Source of the DNA: Escherichia coli
GTDB taxonomy: Bacteria > Pseudomonadota > Gammaproteobacteria > Enterobacterales > Enterobacteriaceae
Reading direction: 5' to 3' (one strand)
Assembly (NCBI RefSeq): GCF_003334385.1
Contig: NZ_QOWN01000012.1
DNA length: 64,000 nt
The position numbers were made by a program, and so were the translations under genes. The notes beneath the pieces are model-generated. The model made no database searches. It was not told the origin of the DNA and saw nothing but the letters and a program-made list of their open reading frames with translations. Of the stretch, positions 24,662 through 35,192 are shown one piece after another (the stretch's first letter is position 1; each line of letters starts with the position of its first letter).

Positions 24662-25760
24662 ATGTTTGAAATTAATCCGGTAAATAATCGCATTCAGGAC
24701 CTCACGGAACGCTCCGACGTTCTTAGGGGGTATCTTTGACTACGACGCCAAGAAAGAGCGTCTGGAAGAAGTAAACGCCGAGCTGGAACAGCCGGATGTC
24801 TGGAACGAACCCGAACGCGCACAGGCGCTGGGTAAAGAGCGTTCCTCCCTCGAAGCCGTTGTCGACACCCTCGACCAAATGAAACAGGGGCTGGAAGATG
24901 TTTCTGGTCTGCTGGAACTGGCTGTAGAAGCTGACGACGAAGAAACCTTTAACGAAGCCGTTGCTGAACTCGACGCCCTGGAAGAAAAACTGGCGCAGCT
25001 TGAGTTCCGCCGTATGTTCTCTGGCGAATATGACAGCGCCGACTGCTACCTCGATATTCAGGCGGGGTCTGGCGGTACGGAAGCACAGGACTGGGCGAGC
25101 ATGCTTGAGCGTATGTATCTGCGCTGGGCAGAATCGCGTGGTTTCAAAACTGAAATCATCGAAGAGTCGGAAGGTGAAGTGGCGGGTATTAAATCCGTGA
25201 CGATCAAAATCTCCGGCGATTACGCTTACGGCTGGCTGCGTACAGAAACCGGCGTTCACCGCCTGGTGCGTAAAAGCCCGTTTGACTCCGGCGGTCGTCG
25301 CCACACGTCGTTCAGCTCCGCGTTTGTTTATCCGGAAGTTGATGATGATATTGATATCGAAATCAACCCGGCGGATCTGCGCATTGACGTTTATCGCGCG
25401 TCCGGCGCGGGCGGTCAGCACGTTAACCGTACCGAATCTGCGGTGCGTATTACCCACATCCCGACCGGGATCGTGACCCAGTGCCAGAACGACCGTTCCC
25501 AGCACAAGAACAAAGATCAGGCCATGAAGCAGATGAAAGCGAAGCTTTATGAACTGGAGATGCAGAAGAAAAATGCCGAGAAACAGGCGATGGAAGATAA
25601 CAAATCCGACATCGGCTGGGGCAGCCAGATTCGTTCTTATGTCCTTGATGACTCCCGCATTAAAGATCTGCGCACCGGGGTAGAAACCCGCAACACGCAG
25701 GCCGTGCTGGACGGCAGCCTGGATCAATTTATCGAAGCAAGTTTGAAAGCAGGGTTATGA
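24662..25760 (+). CDS. prfB: peptide chain release factor 2; join(24662..24736,24738..25760) through a programmed +1 frameshift (365 aa)
   Basis: Frame 1 reads [25 protein letters not shown] then an in-frame TGA at 24737. The +1 frame continues [19 protein letters not shown]... into track ORF 24879..25760, which carries the SPF and GGQ motifs. Confidence 0.95.
24722..24740 (+). promoter_or_regulatory. prfB autoregulatory +1 frameshift site
   Basis: CTT AGG GGG TAT CTT TGA C: an internal SD-like AGGGGG, then 3 nt, then the slippery CTT followed by the poor-context stop TGA C. Confidence 0.95.
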
Positions 25761-25769
25761 GGAACCAAC

Positions 25770-27287
25770 ATGTCTGAACAACACGCACAGGGCGCTGACG
25801 CGGTAGTCGATCTTAACAATGAACTGAAAACGCGTCGTGAGAAGCTGGCGAACCTGCGCGAGCAGGGGATTGCCTTCCCGAACGATTTCCGTCGCGATCA
25901 TACCTCTGACCAATTGCACGCAGAATTCGACGGCAAAGAGAACGAAGAACTGGAAGCGCTGAACATCGAAGTCGCCGTTGCTGGCCGCATGATGACCCGT
26001 CGTATTATGGGTAAAGCGTCTTTCGTTACCCTGCAGGACGTTGGCGGTCGCATTCAGCTGTACGTTGCCCGTGACGATCTCCCGGAAGGCGTTTATAACG
26101 AGCAGTTCAAAAAATGGGACCTCGGCGACATCCTCGGCGCGAAAGGTAAGCTGTTCAAAACCAAAACCGGCGAACTGTCTATCCACTGCACCGAGTTGCG
26201 TCTGCTGACCAAAGCACTGCGTCCGCTGCCGGATAAATTCCACGGCTTGCAGGATCAGGAAGCGCGCTATCGTCAGCGTTATCTCGATCTCATCTCCAAC
26301 GATGAATCCCGCAACACCTTTAAAGTGCGCTCGCAGATCCTCTCTGGTATTCGCCAGTTCATGGTGAACCGCGGCTTTATGGAAGTTGAAACGCCGATGA
26401 TGCAGGTGATCCCTGGCGGTGCCGCTGCGCGTCCGTTTATCACCCACCATAACGCGCTGGATCTCGACATGTACCTGCGTATCGCGCCGGAACTGTACCT
26501 CAAGCGTCTGGTGGTTGGTGGCTTCGAGCGTGTATTCGAAATCAACCGTAACTTCCGTAACGAAGGTATTTCCGTACGTCATAACCCAGAGTTCACCATG
26601 ATGGAACTCTACATGGCTTACGCAGATTACAAAGATCTGATCGAGCTGACCGAATCGCTGTTCCGTACTCTGGCACAGGATATTCTCGGTAAGACGGAAG
26701 TGACCTACGGCGACGTGACGCTGGACTTCGGTAAACCGTTCGAAAAACTGACCATGCGTGAAGCGATCAAGAAATATCGCCCGGAAACCGACATGGCGGA
26801 TCTGGACAACTTCGACTCTGCGAAAGCAATTGCTGAATCTATCGGCATCCACGTTGAGAAGAGCTGGGGTCTGGGCCGTATCGTTACCGAGATCTTCGAA
26901 GAAGTGGCAGAAGCACATCTGATTCAGCCGACCTTCATTACTGAATATCCGGCAGAAGTTTCTCCGCTGGCGCGTCGTAACGACGTTAACCCGGAAATCA
27001 CAGACCGCTTTGAGTTCTTCATTGGTGGTCGTGAAATCGGTAACGGCTTTAGCGAGCTGAATGACGCGGAAGATCAGGCGCAACGCTTCCTGGATCAGGT
27101 TGCCGCGAAAGACGCAGGTGACGACGAAGCGATGTTCTACGATGAAGATTACGTCACCGCACTGGAACATGGCTTACCGCCGACAGCAGGTCTGGGAATT
27201 GGTATCGACCGTATGGTAATGCTGTTCACCAACAGCCATACCATCCGCGACGTTATTCTGTTCCCGGCGATGCGTCCGGTAAAATAA
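25770..27287 (+). CDS. lysS: lysyl-tRNA synthetase, constitutive (505 aa)
   Basis: 505-aa [36 protein letters not shown]. Recognised. Confidence 0.97.
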
Positions 27288-27305
27288 GCATTACGTTATG
27301 CTCAC

Positions 27306-27332
27306 AACCCCGGCAAATGTCGGGGTTTTTTT
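27306..27332. terminator. terminator between convergent lysS and idi
   Basis: AACCCCG-GCAAATGT-CGGGGTT followed by TTTTTT. The T-run abuts the idi stop codon. Confidence 0.8.
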
Positions 27333-27879
27333 ATTTAAGCTGGGTAAATGCAGATAATCGTTTTCTGGCTTCGCGATTTGTCGCCTGCATCACCATCCAC
27401 GGACTGAACGCCCACGGCGTGGCATCAATACCGTGTAATACATCTGCTAAATCACACCATTGATAATCCATCACTTCATCATCATTGATCTGTAACGCAC
27501 TAGTGGTGCGTGCGGCAAATACCGGACACACTTCATTTTCCACAATGCCACTCGGATCGGTGGCGCGGTAGCGAAAGTCAGGATAGATAGATTCAGGAGG
27601 CGTAATTTCCACGCCAAGCTCATAACGGCAACGGCGGATCACTGCGTCTTCGTTGCTTTCTCCCAGTTGTGGGTGCCCACAAACCGAGTTAGTCCACACG
27701 CCAGGCCATGCTTTTTTGCTCAGTGCGCGGCGGGTAACTAATAATTGTCCTTTGGCATTAAACAGCCAACTGGAGAACGCGAGATGTAAGCGGGTGTCTG
27801 CCGTGTGTGCGGCATACTTTTCCAGCGTACCCGTGGGAACTCCCTGTGCATTCAATAAAATGACGTGTTCCGTTTGCAT
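27331..27879 (-). CDS. idi: isopentenyl-diphosphate delta-isomerase (182 aa)
   Basis: [40 protein letters not shown], Nudix-type fold. Recognised. Confidence 0.95.
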   Translation of the reverse strand: MQTEHVILLNAQGVPTGTLEKYAAHTADTRLHLAFSSWLFNAKGQLLVTRRALSKKAWPGVWTNSVCGHPQLGESNEDAVIRRCRYELGVEITPPESIYPDFRYRATDPSGIVENEVCPVFAARTTSALQINDDEVMDYQWCDLADVLHGIDATPWAFSPWMVMQATNREARKRLSAFTQLK

Positions 27880-28001
27880 AATTTCTCACATGTAATTCTG
27901 ATCACTCATCATTATAGATAATTGAAGAGTGAAATGATTAACCAAGTGAGCGTTTATCGACAACCGCCCGTTTTGAGCGGATGCCGACAGGTAAAAACCA
28001 T

Positions 28002-28127
28002 TTAAAAAAGTAGCATCATATATTTGAAGCGACTTTCAATGGCCATTGCAACACAGTCAGAAATGACAGGAATAGAGAGAGTAAAAAGCAACAACAGACT
28101 GAATATAGCGCGCATTAAAAAATTCAT
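28002..28127 (-). CDS. yqfG: 41-aa small hydrophobic protein, translationally coupled to uacT (possibly K-12 yqfG)
   Basis: Minus strand reads MNFLMRAIFSLLLLFTLSIPVISDCVAMAIESRFKYMMLLF*. The ATG lies 1 nt after the uacT stop, and a GGAG inside the last uacT codons sits about 6 nt upstream. Below the ORF-track cutoff. The symbol assignment is from memory and uncertain. Confidence 0.5.
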   Translation of the reverse strand: MNFLMRAIFSLLLLFTLSIPVISDCVAMAIESRFKYMMLLF

Positions 28128-28128
28128 A

Positions 28129-29577
28129 TTATTCTCCATGCTCATTTTTCTTCAGCTTGCGCATCAGAAGCCACATACGTACTGTCCTGACTTTTAAATC
28201 TTTATCAGAGACGGATTCCTTCACCAGGTCAGCATGATGCTGATAGCCATTAAAGAAGACGTTCAGCACAACGGCGCTAAGGGTTGCGAGCATAATGCCG
28301 CTATGTAGCAGCGGTTGCAGTACGGCCGGTAACTTAGAAAAGAAATCGTGAGAGAGCGTCGGAGTCATGCCAACGCCGAGACTGATCGCCACAATATAGA
28401 GGTTGTAACGGTTGGTGGTGTAGTTACAGCGCGACAGAATTCGAATCCCTGTCGCCAGTACCATGCCGAACATCACTAGACCAGCGCCGCCCAGCACAAA
28501 TTGCGGAATGGAGGCTACCAGCACCGCCATTTTTGGCACCATGCCAAACAGGATTAATATAATTCCCGAAGAAATACACACCCAGCGGCTATGAACGCGC
28601 GTCACGCTAACCAGGCCAACGTTTTGAGAAAATGACGTGTGGGGGAAGCTGTTAAACGTGCCGCCTATCATTGTCCCTACGCCATCGACACGCAGCCCGC
28701 GAATAATATCGTGCGAAGAGAGTTTACGACCGACTATTTCACCCAGTGCCAGGAACATCCCCATCGACTCGATAAACACGATGATTAACACGGCAGTCAT
28801 GGTCAGAATGGAAACGGGATCGAAAATCGGCATACCAAACGACATCGGCGTAACAATCGCAAACCATGAAGCATCATGTAGCCCGGATAAATTGACTTCA
28901 TTCATCATCCACGAAAGTAAAAAGCCAAATACAATCCCCAGTAATACGGCGACGTTGGACATAAATCCTTTCGCATAGCGAGTAATGAGCAAGATAAAAA
29001 TTAAGACGGCAAAGGAGATACCTAAATAAACGGGATTACCATATTGCGGATTCCCTTTACCTCCGGCGGCCCAGTCAATACCCACCTGAATGATGCTAAG
29101 CCCGATAGAAGTAATAACCACACCGGTAACCAGTGGCGGGAATAAAGGCATCAAGCGACCGATAAGTGGCGCTAATAATGTGGTGATAAAACCCGCGGCG
29201 ATAGTGGCACCAAATATCCCCAGCAGGCCGATATCCGGGTTCATCCCAATGGCTATCATTGGTGTTACAGCAGCAAAGGTCACCGACATAATCACCGGCA
29301 GGCGGATCCCCATAAAGCGGCCGATACCGATACATTGCAATAATGTGACGATCCCGCAGCAAAAGAGATCCGAGCTAATGAGCATCGCAATAGCTTCTTT
29401 TGAGAGGCCCAGTCGGTCACCAATCATAAGAGGAACAGCGACTGCACCTGCGTACATGACAAGGACGTGTTGCAGACCGAGTATGATCAGCTTTCCTGGT
29501 GATAATATGCGGTCAACCTCATCAGTTGGGCGGTCTTGCCCAGAAGATGAGGGAAGTTGGGAATCTATGGCGCTCAT
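28129..29577 (-). CDS. uacT: uric acid:H+ symporter, NCS2/NAT family (482 aa)
   Basis: ORF 28129..29706. The recognised YgfU/UacT starts MSAIDSQLPSSSGQDRPTDEVDRILSPGKL. Confidence 0.93.
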   Translation of the reverse strand: MSAIDSQLPSSSGQDRPTDEVDRILSPGKLIILGLQHVLVMYAGAVAVPLMIGDRLGLSKEAIAMLISSDLFCCGIVTLLQCIGIGRFMGIRLPVIMSVTFAAVTPMIAIGMNPDIGLLGIFGATIAAGFITTLLAPLIGRLMPLFPPLVTGVVITSIGLSIIQVGIDWAAGGKGNPQYGNPVYLGISFAVLIFILLITRYAKGFMSNVAVLLGIVFGFLLSWMMNEVNLSGLHDASWFAIVTPMSFGMPIFDPVSILTMTAVLIIVFIESMGMFLALGEIVGRKLSSHDIIRGLRVDGVGTMIGGTFNSFPHTSFSQNVGLVSVTRVHSRWVCISSGIILILFGMVPKMAVLVASIPQFVLGGAGLVMFGMVLATGIRILSRCNYTTNRYNLYIVAISLGVGMTPTLSHDFFSKLPAVLQPLLHSGIMLATLSAVVLNVFFNGYQHHADLVKESVSDKDLKVRTVRMWLLMRKLKKNEHGE

Positions 29578-29645
29578 CAGTGTTTCTCCTTTCGCCCGCC
29601 AGAGTAAAAAGCAACCGTTTACGTTAATGAAACTGTCTAAACACA

Positions 29646-29661
29646 TGCTCGTGGAGTGCCA
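29646..29661 (-). promoter_or_regulatory. candidate sigma54 (-24/-12) promoter for uacT
   Basis: Minus strand TGGCAC-TCCAC-GAGCA, with GG and GC correctly spaced, about 70 nt upstream of the uacT ATG. Confidence 0.4.
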
Positions 29662-29764
29662 GTTTTTGCGAGGAAGGGGAGTTAGAGACAGGAATTGCGG
29701 AGGCAATCACATAATCGTGGTTAAACCACGAAAATGAGAAGAGAACCTGACAATGGAATTATCT

Positions 29765-29785
29765 GTAATTTTCTCATATTGATAT
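29765..29785 (+). promoter_or_regulatory. shared purine-cluster motif copy 1 (GTAATTTTCTCATATTGATAT)
   Basis: The core CTCATATTGATAT is identical to 54811..54823 and matches 12 of 13 positions at 60627..60639 (minus strand). Confidence 0.45.
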
Positions 29786-30012
29786 TTCATTAATCATTCT
29801 GGCATGTCGCACTCTCGCATTTAATCGTTTTTATCTGGATAGCGCTCTTTTGATCGGCAATGTTGAAATAATGAAAGCGGCATAGATTGAGGGGCAATAA
29901 TTTGAACTCAGTCGCAAAATTATAATTAAAACGGTCATGCTACCTAATATATGCCCGTTTATTGCATCGCGAAATTTGAGAAGACATAACTCATTAAATG
30001 AAAGGGATGCAA

Positions 30013-31932
30013 ATGAATAAGTTTATTGCTGCTGAAGCTGCGGAATGTATAGGCTGTCATGCTTGTGAAATTGCCTGTGCGGTGGCACACAATCAAGAAA
30101 ACTGGCCGCTGAGTCACAGTGACTTTCGACCGCGTATCCACGTTGTAGGGAAAGGCCAGGCTGCGAATCCGGTGGCCTGCCATCACTGCAACAATGCCCC
30201 TTGCGTTACGGCTTGTCCGGTTAATGCTCTGACTTTCCAGTCCGATAGCGTACAACTGGACGAGCAAAAATGTATTGGTTGTAAAAGATGCGCAATCGCT
30301 TGCCCCTTTGGCGTCGTTGAGATGGTCGATACGATTGCGCAGAAATGCGACCTTTGTAACCAGCGCAGTTCCGGCACGCAAGCCTGTATTGAAGTTTGCC
30401 CAACACAGGCGTTACGACTGATGGACGATAAAGGGTTGCAGCAGATAAAGGTGGCCCGCCAGCGCAAAACGGCAGCAGGAAAAGCGTCATCAGACGCTCA
30501 GCCATCTCGCAGTGCAGCGTTGCTCCCCGTTAACTCGCGTAAAGGCGCAGATAAAATTTCAGCGAGTGAACGGAAAACCCACTTTGGCGAAATATATTGC
30601 GGGCTGGATCCACAACAAGCGACTTATGAGAGTGACCGCTGTGTTTATTGTGCCGAAAAAGCTAACTGCAACTGGCATTGCCCGCTGCATAACGCTATTC
30701 CGGATTACATCCGTCTGGTACAGGAAGGAAAGATTATTGAAGCGGCAGAACTTTGCCACCAGACCAGTTCCTTACCAGAAATTTGCGGCAGGGTATGTCC
30801 ACAGGACCGTCTTTGTGAAGGCGCATGTACTTTGAAAGATCACTCGGGCGCAGTCTCTATCGGTAATCTGGAACGCTACATCACCGATACCGCGCTGGCG
30901 ATGGGCTGGCGTCCCGATGTCAGCAAAGTTGTTCCCCGTAGCGAAAAAGTGGCGGTGATTGGCGCTGGGCCTGCAGGGTTAGGGTGTGCTGATATTCTGG
31001 CGCGCGCAGGAGTTCAGGTCGATGTCTTTGATCGCCATCCAGAAATTGGCGGTATGCTGACTTTTGGCATTCCTCCTTTCAAACTCGATAAAACGGTATT
31101 AAGCCAGCGGCGAGAGATATTCACCGCAATGGGAATCGACTTTCATCTTAACTGTGAAATTGGCCGCGATATTACCTTTAGCGATTTAACTTCTGAATAT
31201 GATGCAGTTTTCATCGGCGTGGGGACTTACGGGATGATGCGAGCAGATCTGCCGCATGAAGATGCGCCCGGTGTCATTCAGGCTCTACCGTTCCTGACTG
31301 CCCATACCCGCCAGCTCATGGGATTGCCGGAGTCTGAAGAGTATCCGCTGACGGACGTGGAAGGTAAGCGAGTCGTGGTATTGGGCGGTGGCGATACGAC
31401 AATGGATTGTTTGCGGACTTCCATCCGCCTCAATGCCGCCAGCGTGACCTGCGCGTATCGTCGTGATGAAGTCAGTATGCCGGGCTCGCGCAAAGAGGTG
31501 GTTAATGCGCGCGAGGAAGGTGTCGAGTTTCAGTTCAATGTTCAACCGCAATATATCGCTTGTGACGAAGATGGGCGTTTAACTGCGGTGGGCCTGATTC
31601 GTACCGCCATGGGTGAGCCGGGGCCGGATGGTCGCCGTCGTCCTCGTCCGGTAGCGGGTTCAGAGTTTGAATTGCCCGCCGATGTTCTGATTATGGCCTT
31701 TGGTTTCCAGGCGCATGCCATGCCGTGGTTGCAGGGCAGCGGAATTAAACTCGATAAATGGGGCCTGATTCAAACCGGTGACGTCGGGTATTTACCTACC
31801 CAGACGCATCTGAAAAAAGTCTTTGCTGGTGGTGATGCAGTTCATGGCGCGGATCTGGTTGTCACTGCAATGGCCGCAGGAAGGCAGGCGGCGCGCGATA
31901 TGTTAACTCTGTTTGATACGAAGGCATCGTGA
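30013..31932 (+). CDS. ygfT: Fe-S ferredoxin-fused GltD-like NAD(P)H oxidoreductase YgfT (639 aa)
   Basis: ORF 29998..31932, recognised start [22 protein letters not shown]. Four CxxCxxCxxxC-type motifs are followed by [21 protein letters not shown]. Confidence 0.92.
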
Positions 31933-32420
31933 TGAAATCGTTAATTATCGTTAATCCGGCTGACTGTATTGGCTGCCGTACTTGTGAAGTAGCCTGTGTG
32001 GTCGCTCACCCTTCAGAACAGGAGTTGAATGCCGATGTCTTTTTACCCCGGCTGAAGGTACAGCGACTGGACAGCATCAGTGCGCCGGTGATGTGCCATC
32101 AGTGTGAAAACGCCCCTTGTGTTGGCGCTTGCCCCGTGGGGGCGCTGACGATGGGCGAGCAGGTGGTGCAGACCAATTCTGCCCGTTGTATTGGCTGTCA
32201 GAGTTGCGTCAGTGCGTGCCCGTTTGGAATGATCACCATTCAGTCGTTGCCGGGGGATACCCGACAACAAATTGTGAAATGCGATCTCTGTGAACAGCGG
32301 GAAGAGGGGCCAGCCTGCGTTGAATCTTGCCCAACACAGGCGCTGCAGTTGCTTACTGAAAGAGAACTCAGGCGAGTCCGCCAGCAGCGTATTGTTGCCA
32401 GCGGTGAGAATCCTCTCTGA
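31932..32420 (+). CDS. ygfS: 4x[4Fe-4S] ferredoxin-type protein YgfS (162 aa)
   Basis: Contains [35 protein letters not shown] and CDLC..CVESC. The start overlaps the ygfT stop (TGATG). Confidence 0.9.
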
Positions 32421-32426
32421 AAGAAA

Positions 32427-32450
32427 TCTCCGCGCTGAAAGGCGCGGAGA
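32427..32450. terminator. bidirectional terminator between ygfS and ghxQ
   Basis: TCTCCGCGC-TGAAAG-GCGCGGAGA. Confidence 0.75.
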
Positions 32451-32455
32451 ATCTA

Positions 32456-33823
32456 TTAGATTGCCCAACCACCCGCGTAAAATGCGACCAGTGCGGCAGT
32501 AATGATCACCGTACCAATATTCAGCTTTTGCCATTCGCGTGCAAAGACGCGGCCTACGACCAGTGTCACAAAGCCCAGCATAATACCGGTAACGATATTA
32601 CAAGTCAGAACGATGAACACGGCACACACCAGGCCAGCCATAGCGTCAATAAAATCATTGAAATCCAGCTTCGAGACGTTACTTAACATCAGCAAACCTA
32701 CGTACATCAGAGCGGGTGCAGTGGCGTAACCAGGGATCAAAAATGACAGCGGTGATAAAAACAGAATTAACAGGAATAACGCCCCCACTACGGTTGCGGT
32801 TAAACCTGTTTTACCCCCGGCGGCGGTTCCTGCCGCTGATTCGATATAAACCGCTGCGGGCGCTGCGCCCACCAGGCCGGAGAATATTGAACTTACTGAG
32901 TCACTGGTCAGGGCTTTGCCGCCGTTGATGATCTGGTTGTCTTTATCCAACAAATTCGCCTGACCGGCGACGGCACGGATGGTGCCAGTAGCGTCGAACA
33001 CTGCGGTCATCACCAATGCCAGTACACTCGGAAGTACAGTTGGCTGGAGTGCACCCATAATATCGAGGCTGAAAATCAGAGACTTACCATCTTCGCCAGT
33101 CAGGCTTGGCATCGCCACCAGACCGTGGTATTTCACCGCTGGGTCAAAGATTAAGCCGATGATCGAAATTGCAATAATCACCAACAAGATCCCGCCGGGT
33201 ACGCGACACTTCTCCAGGCCGAAGATGACCGCCAGCCCCAGCAAGCTCATCATCACCGGGAAGGAGGTAAACGCACCGAGCGCCACTGGCAAGCCTTCAA
33301 TCGGGTTTTTGATAACCATACCCACACCGTTAGCAGCAATCAGCAGCAGAAACAGCCCGATACCGATACCTGTACCGTGAGCGATACCCATCGGCAAATT
33401 ACGTAAGATCCAGGTACGCACACCGGTTACGGAAATGGCGGTGAAGATGACGCCCATCAGAAATACCGCGCCCAGTGCGACAGGAACGCTAATTTGTTGC
33501 CCGAGTACCAGACTGAATGCGGTAAACGCCGTCAAGGAAATCGCGCAACCAATCGCCATTGGCAAATTAGCCCATAATCCCATCAGCAACGAGCCGAAGC
33601 CCGCGACCAGACAGGTGGCAACAAACACAGCTGCGGGAGGAAAACCTGCTTTGCCCAGCATTCCCGGAACGACGATAACGGAATAAACCATGGCCAGAAA
33701 GGTCGTTAAGCCAGCCAGTACTTCCTGACGAACGGTACTGCCACGAGCGGTAATTTTAAAATAATTATCCAGCGCGCCCTGTGGCTTTGGTGCGTCCGGT
33801 GTTTGTAGGATGTCTCCAGACAT
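32456..33823 (-). CDS. ghxQ: guanine/hypoxanthine permease (455 aa)
   Basis: 455-aa polytopic AzgA-type NCS2 [37 protein letters not shown]. Recognised as YgfQ. Confidence 0.93.
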   Translation of the reverse strand: MSGDILQTPDAPKPQGALDNYFKITARGSTVRQEVLAGLTTFLAMVYSVIVVPGMLGKAGFPPAAVFVATCLVAGFGSLLMGLWANLPMAIGCAISLTAFTAFSLVLGQQISVPVALGAVFLMGVIFTAISVTGVRTWILRNLPMGIAHGTGIGIGLFLLLIAANGVGMVIKNPIEGLPVALGAFTSFPVMMSLLGLAVIFGLEKCRVPGGILLVIIAISIIGLIFDPAVKYHGLVAMPSLTGEDGKSLIFSLDIMGALQPTVLPSVLALVMTAVFDATGTIRAVAGQANLLDKDNQIINGGKALTSDSVSSIFSGLVGAAPAAVYIESAAGTAAGGKTGLTATVVGALFLLILFLSPLSFLIPGYATAPALMYVGLLMLSNVSKLDFNDFIDAMAGLVCAVFIVLTCNIVTGIMLGFVTLVVGRVFAREWQKLNIGTVIITAALVAFYAGGWAI

Positions 33824-33858
33824 AATGATGTCCTCACGAGGATGTTAAAGTTTTATTA

Positions 33859-35178
33859 TTAGTTGCGTTCGTACACCAGACGACCATCAACGTAGGTGCG
33901 GTAGATCGAACGGTCATCGCCCAACGTCATCATCACGAACAATTTGTCGACTAAAGAAACAGAGTTGTCATAGCGCAGCTGCTGTAGCGGAGTGGCGGTG
34001 GGTTCCATCACCACGAAATCAGCCTCTTTGCCAGGTAAAAAGTTGCCAATCAAATCGTCAAGGCCCAGAGATTTCGCTCCGCCGAGCGTGGCCAGGTAAA
34101 ACGCTTCATATGCCGAGAGGCGATAGCCTTGTAATTGCAATACTTTGTAGGCTTCGTTCAGCGTTTGCAGCATGTTGAAAGTGGTTCCGGCACCGATATC
34201 CGTTCCCATGCCCACTTTAACTTTCTTCTGCCATGCTTTTTTCAAGTTGAATAAGCCGCTGCCGAGGTAAAGGTTGGAGGTCGGACAGAAAGCAATGCTG
34301 GATTTGGTTTCGCTGAGACGATCCCACTCTTTTTCTTCGAGATGGACGCAGTGAGCAAAGACACAGTTTTTACCGGTCAGGCCGTACTGATGGTAAACAT
34401 CCAGATAACCATCATGGTCAGGATAAAGCGATTTCACCCAGGCAATTTCATCTTTGTTTTCACAGAGATGGGTATGTACCCACGTATCCGGATATTCTTC
34501 TTTCAGGCGTTGCGCCATCGCCATCTGTTCAGGAGATGAGGTCGGGGCGAAGCGTGGCGTAATCGCATATAGCAGACGACCATTTTTGTGCCAGCGTTCG
34601 ATCAGTTCTTTGCTTTGGTGATAGCTGCTTTCGGCAGTGTCGAGCAGATAATCCGGTGCGTTGCGGTCCATCATCACCTTACCGGCAATCATACGCATAT
34701 TGATATGACTGGCGGCTTCAAACAGCGCATCAACAGATTGCGGATGAACAGTGCCAAACACCAGCGCCGTGGTGGTTCCGTTACGTAAAAGCTGCTTGAT
34801 GAAGAACGCCGACATTTCGCGGGCGTACTCTAAATCCTCATAACGACGTTCAGTAGGGAAGGTGTGTTTATTCAACCACTCCAGCAATTGCTCACCATAG
34901 GCCCCCACCATTTCACTTTGCGGATAATGGATATGTGTATCGACAAAGCCCGGTACTATCAGTTTGCCGCGATAGTCGCGCACGCGAATGGTGTCAGGAA
35001 TTTGATGCTTTCCGTTTTCCCATTCGCCAAACCATTCCACTTTTCCCTGTTTAATGAGTAATAAACCATCCTCAATAAACCGCAGCGCAGAGGCAATCTC
35101 TTCCGGGTTATCGATCGTACGGGTGACATCAATAAAACTGCCTCGTACCGCTTTTAACGTGTGTTCTCCTGACATCAT
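33859..35178 (-). CDS. guaD: guanine deaminase (439 aa)
   Basis: The amidohydrolase HxH motif (FVDTHIHYPQ). Recognised as GuaD/YgfP. Confidence 0.95.
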   Translation of the reverse strand: MMSGEHTLKAVRGSFIDVTRTIDNPEEIASALRFIEDGLLLIKQGKVEWFGEWENGKHQIPDTIRVRDYRGKLIVPGFVDTHIHYPQSEMVGAYGEQLLEWLNKHTFPTERRYEDLEYAREMSAFFIKQLLRNGTTTALVFGTVHPQSVDALFEAASHINMRMIAGKVMMDRNAPDYLLDTAESSYHQSKELIERWHKNGRLLYAITPRFAPTSSPEQMAMAQRLKEEYPDTWVHTHLCENKDEIAWVKSLYPDHDGYLDVYHQYGLTGKNCVFAHCVHLEEKEWDRLSETKSSIAFCPTSNLYLGSGLFNLKKAWQKKVKVGMGTDIGAGTTFNMLQTLNEAYKVLQLQGYRLSAYEAFYLATLGGAKSLGLDDLIGNFLPGKEADFVVMEPTATPLQQLRYDNSVSLVDKLFVMMTLGDDRSIYRTYVDGRLVYERN

Positions 35179-35192
35179 TGACTCCTTTACTG

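Noticed and set aside
24723-27170. Long minus-strand ORFs of 334 aa and 471 aa, antisense to prfB and lysS
   Set aside because: They lie entirely inside well-recognised genes on the other strand. They have low-complexity, Arg/Val/Phe-rich composition typical of antisense frames of highly expressed genes, and no RBS context.
29786-30012. sigma54-type promoter for ygfT on the + strand (for example CTGGCATGTCGCACTC at about 29799)
   Set aside because: The GG and GC are not at the required 12-nt offset in any of the TGG-containing candidates I checked. ygfT is probably sigma70-driven.
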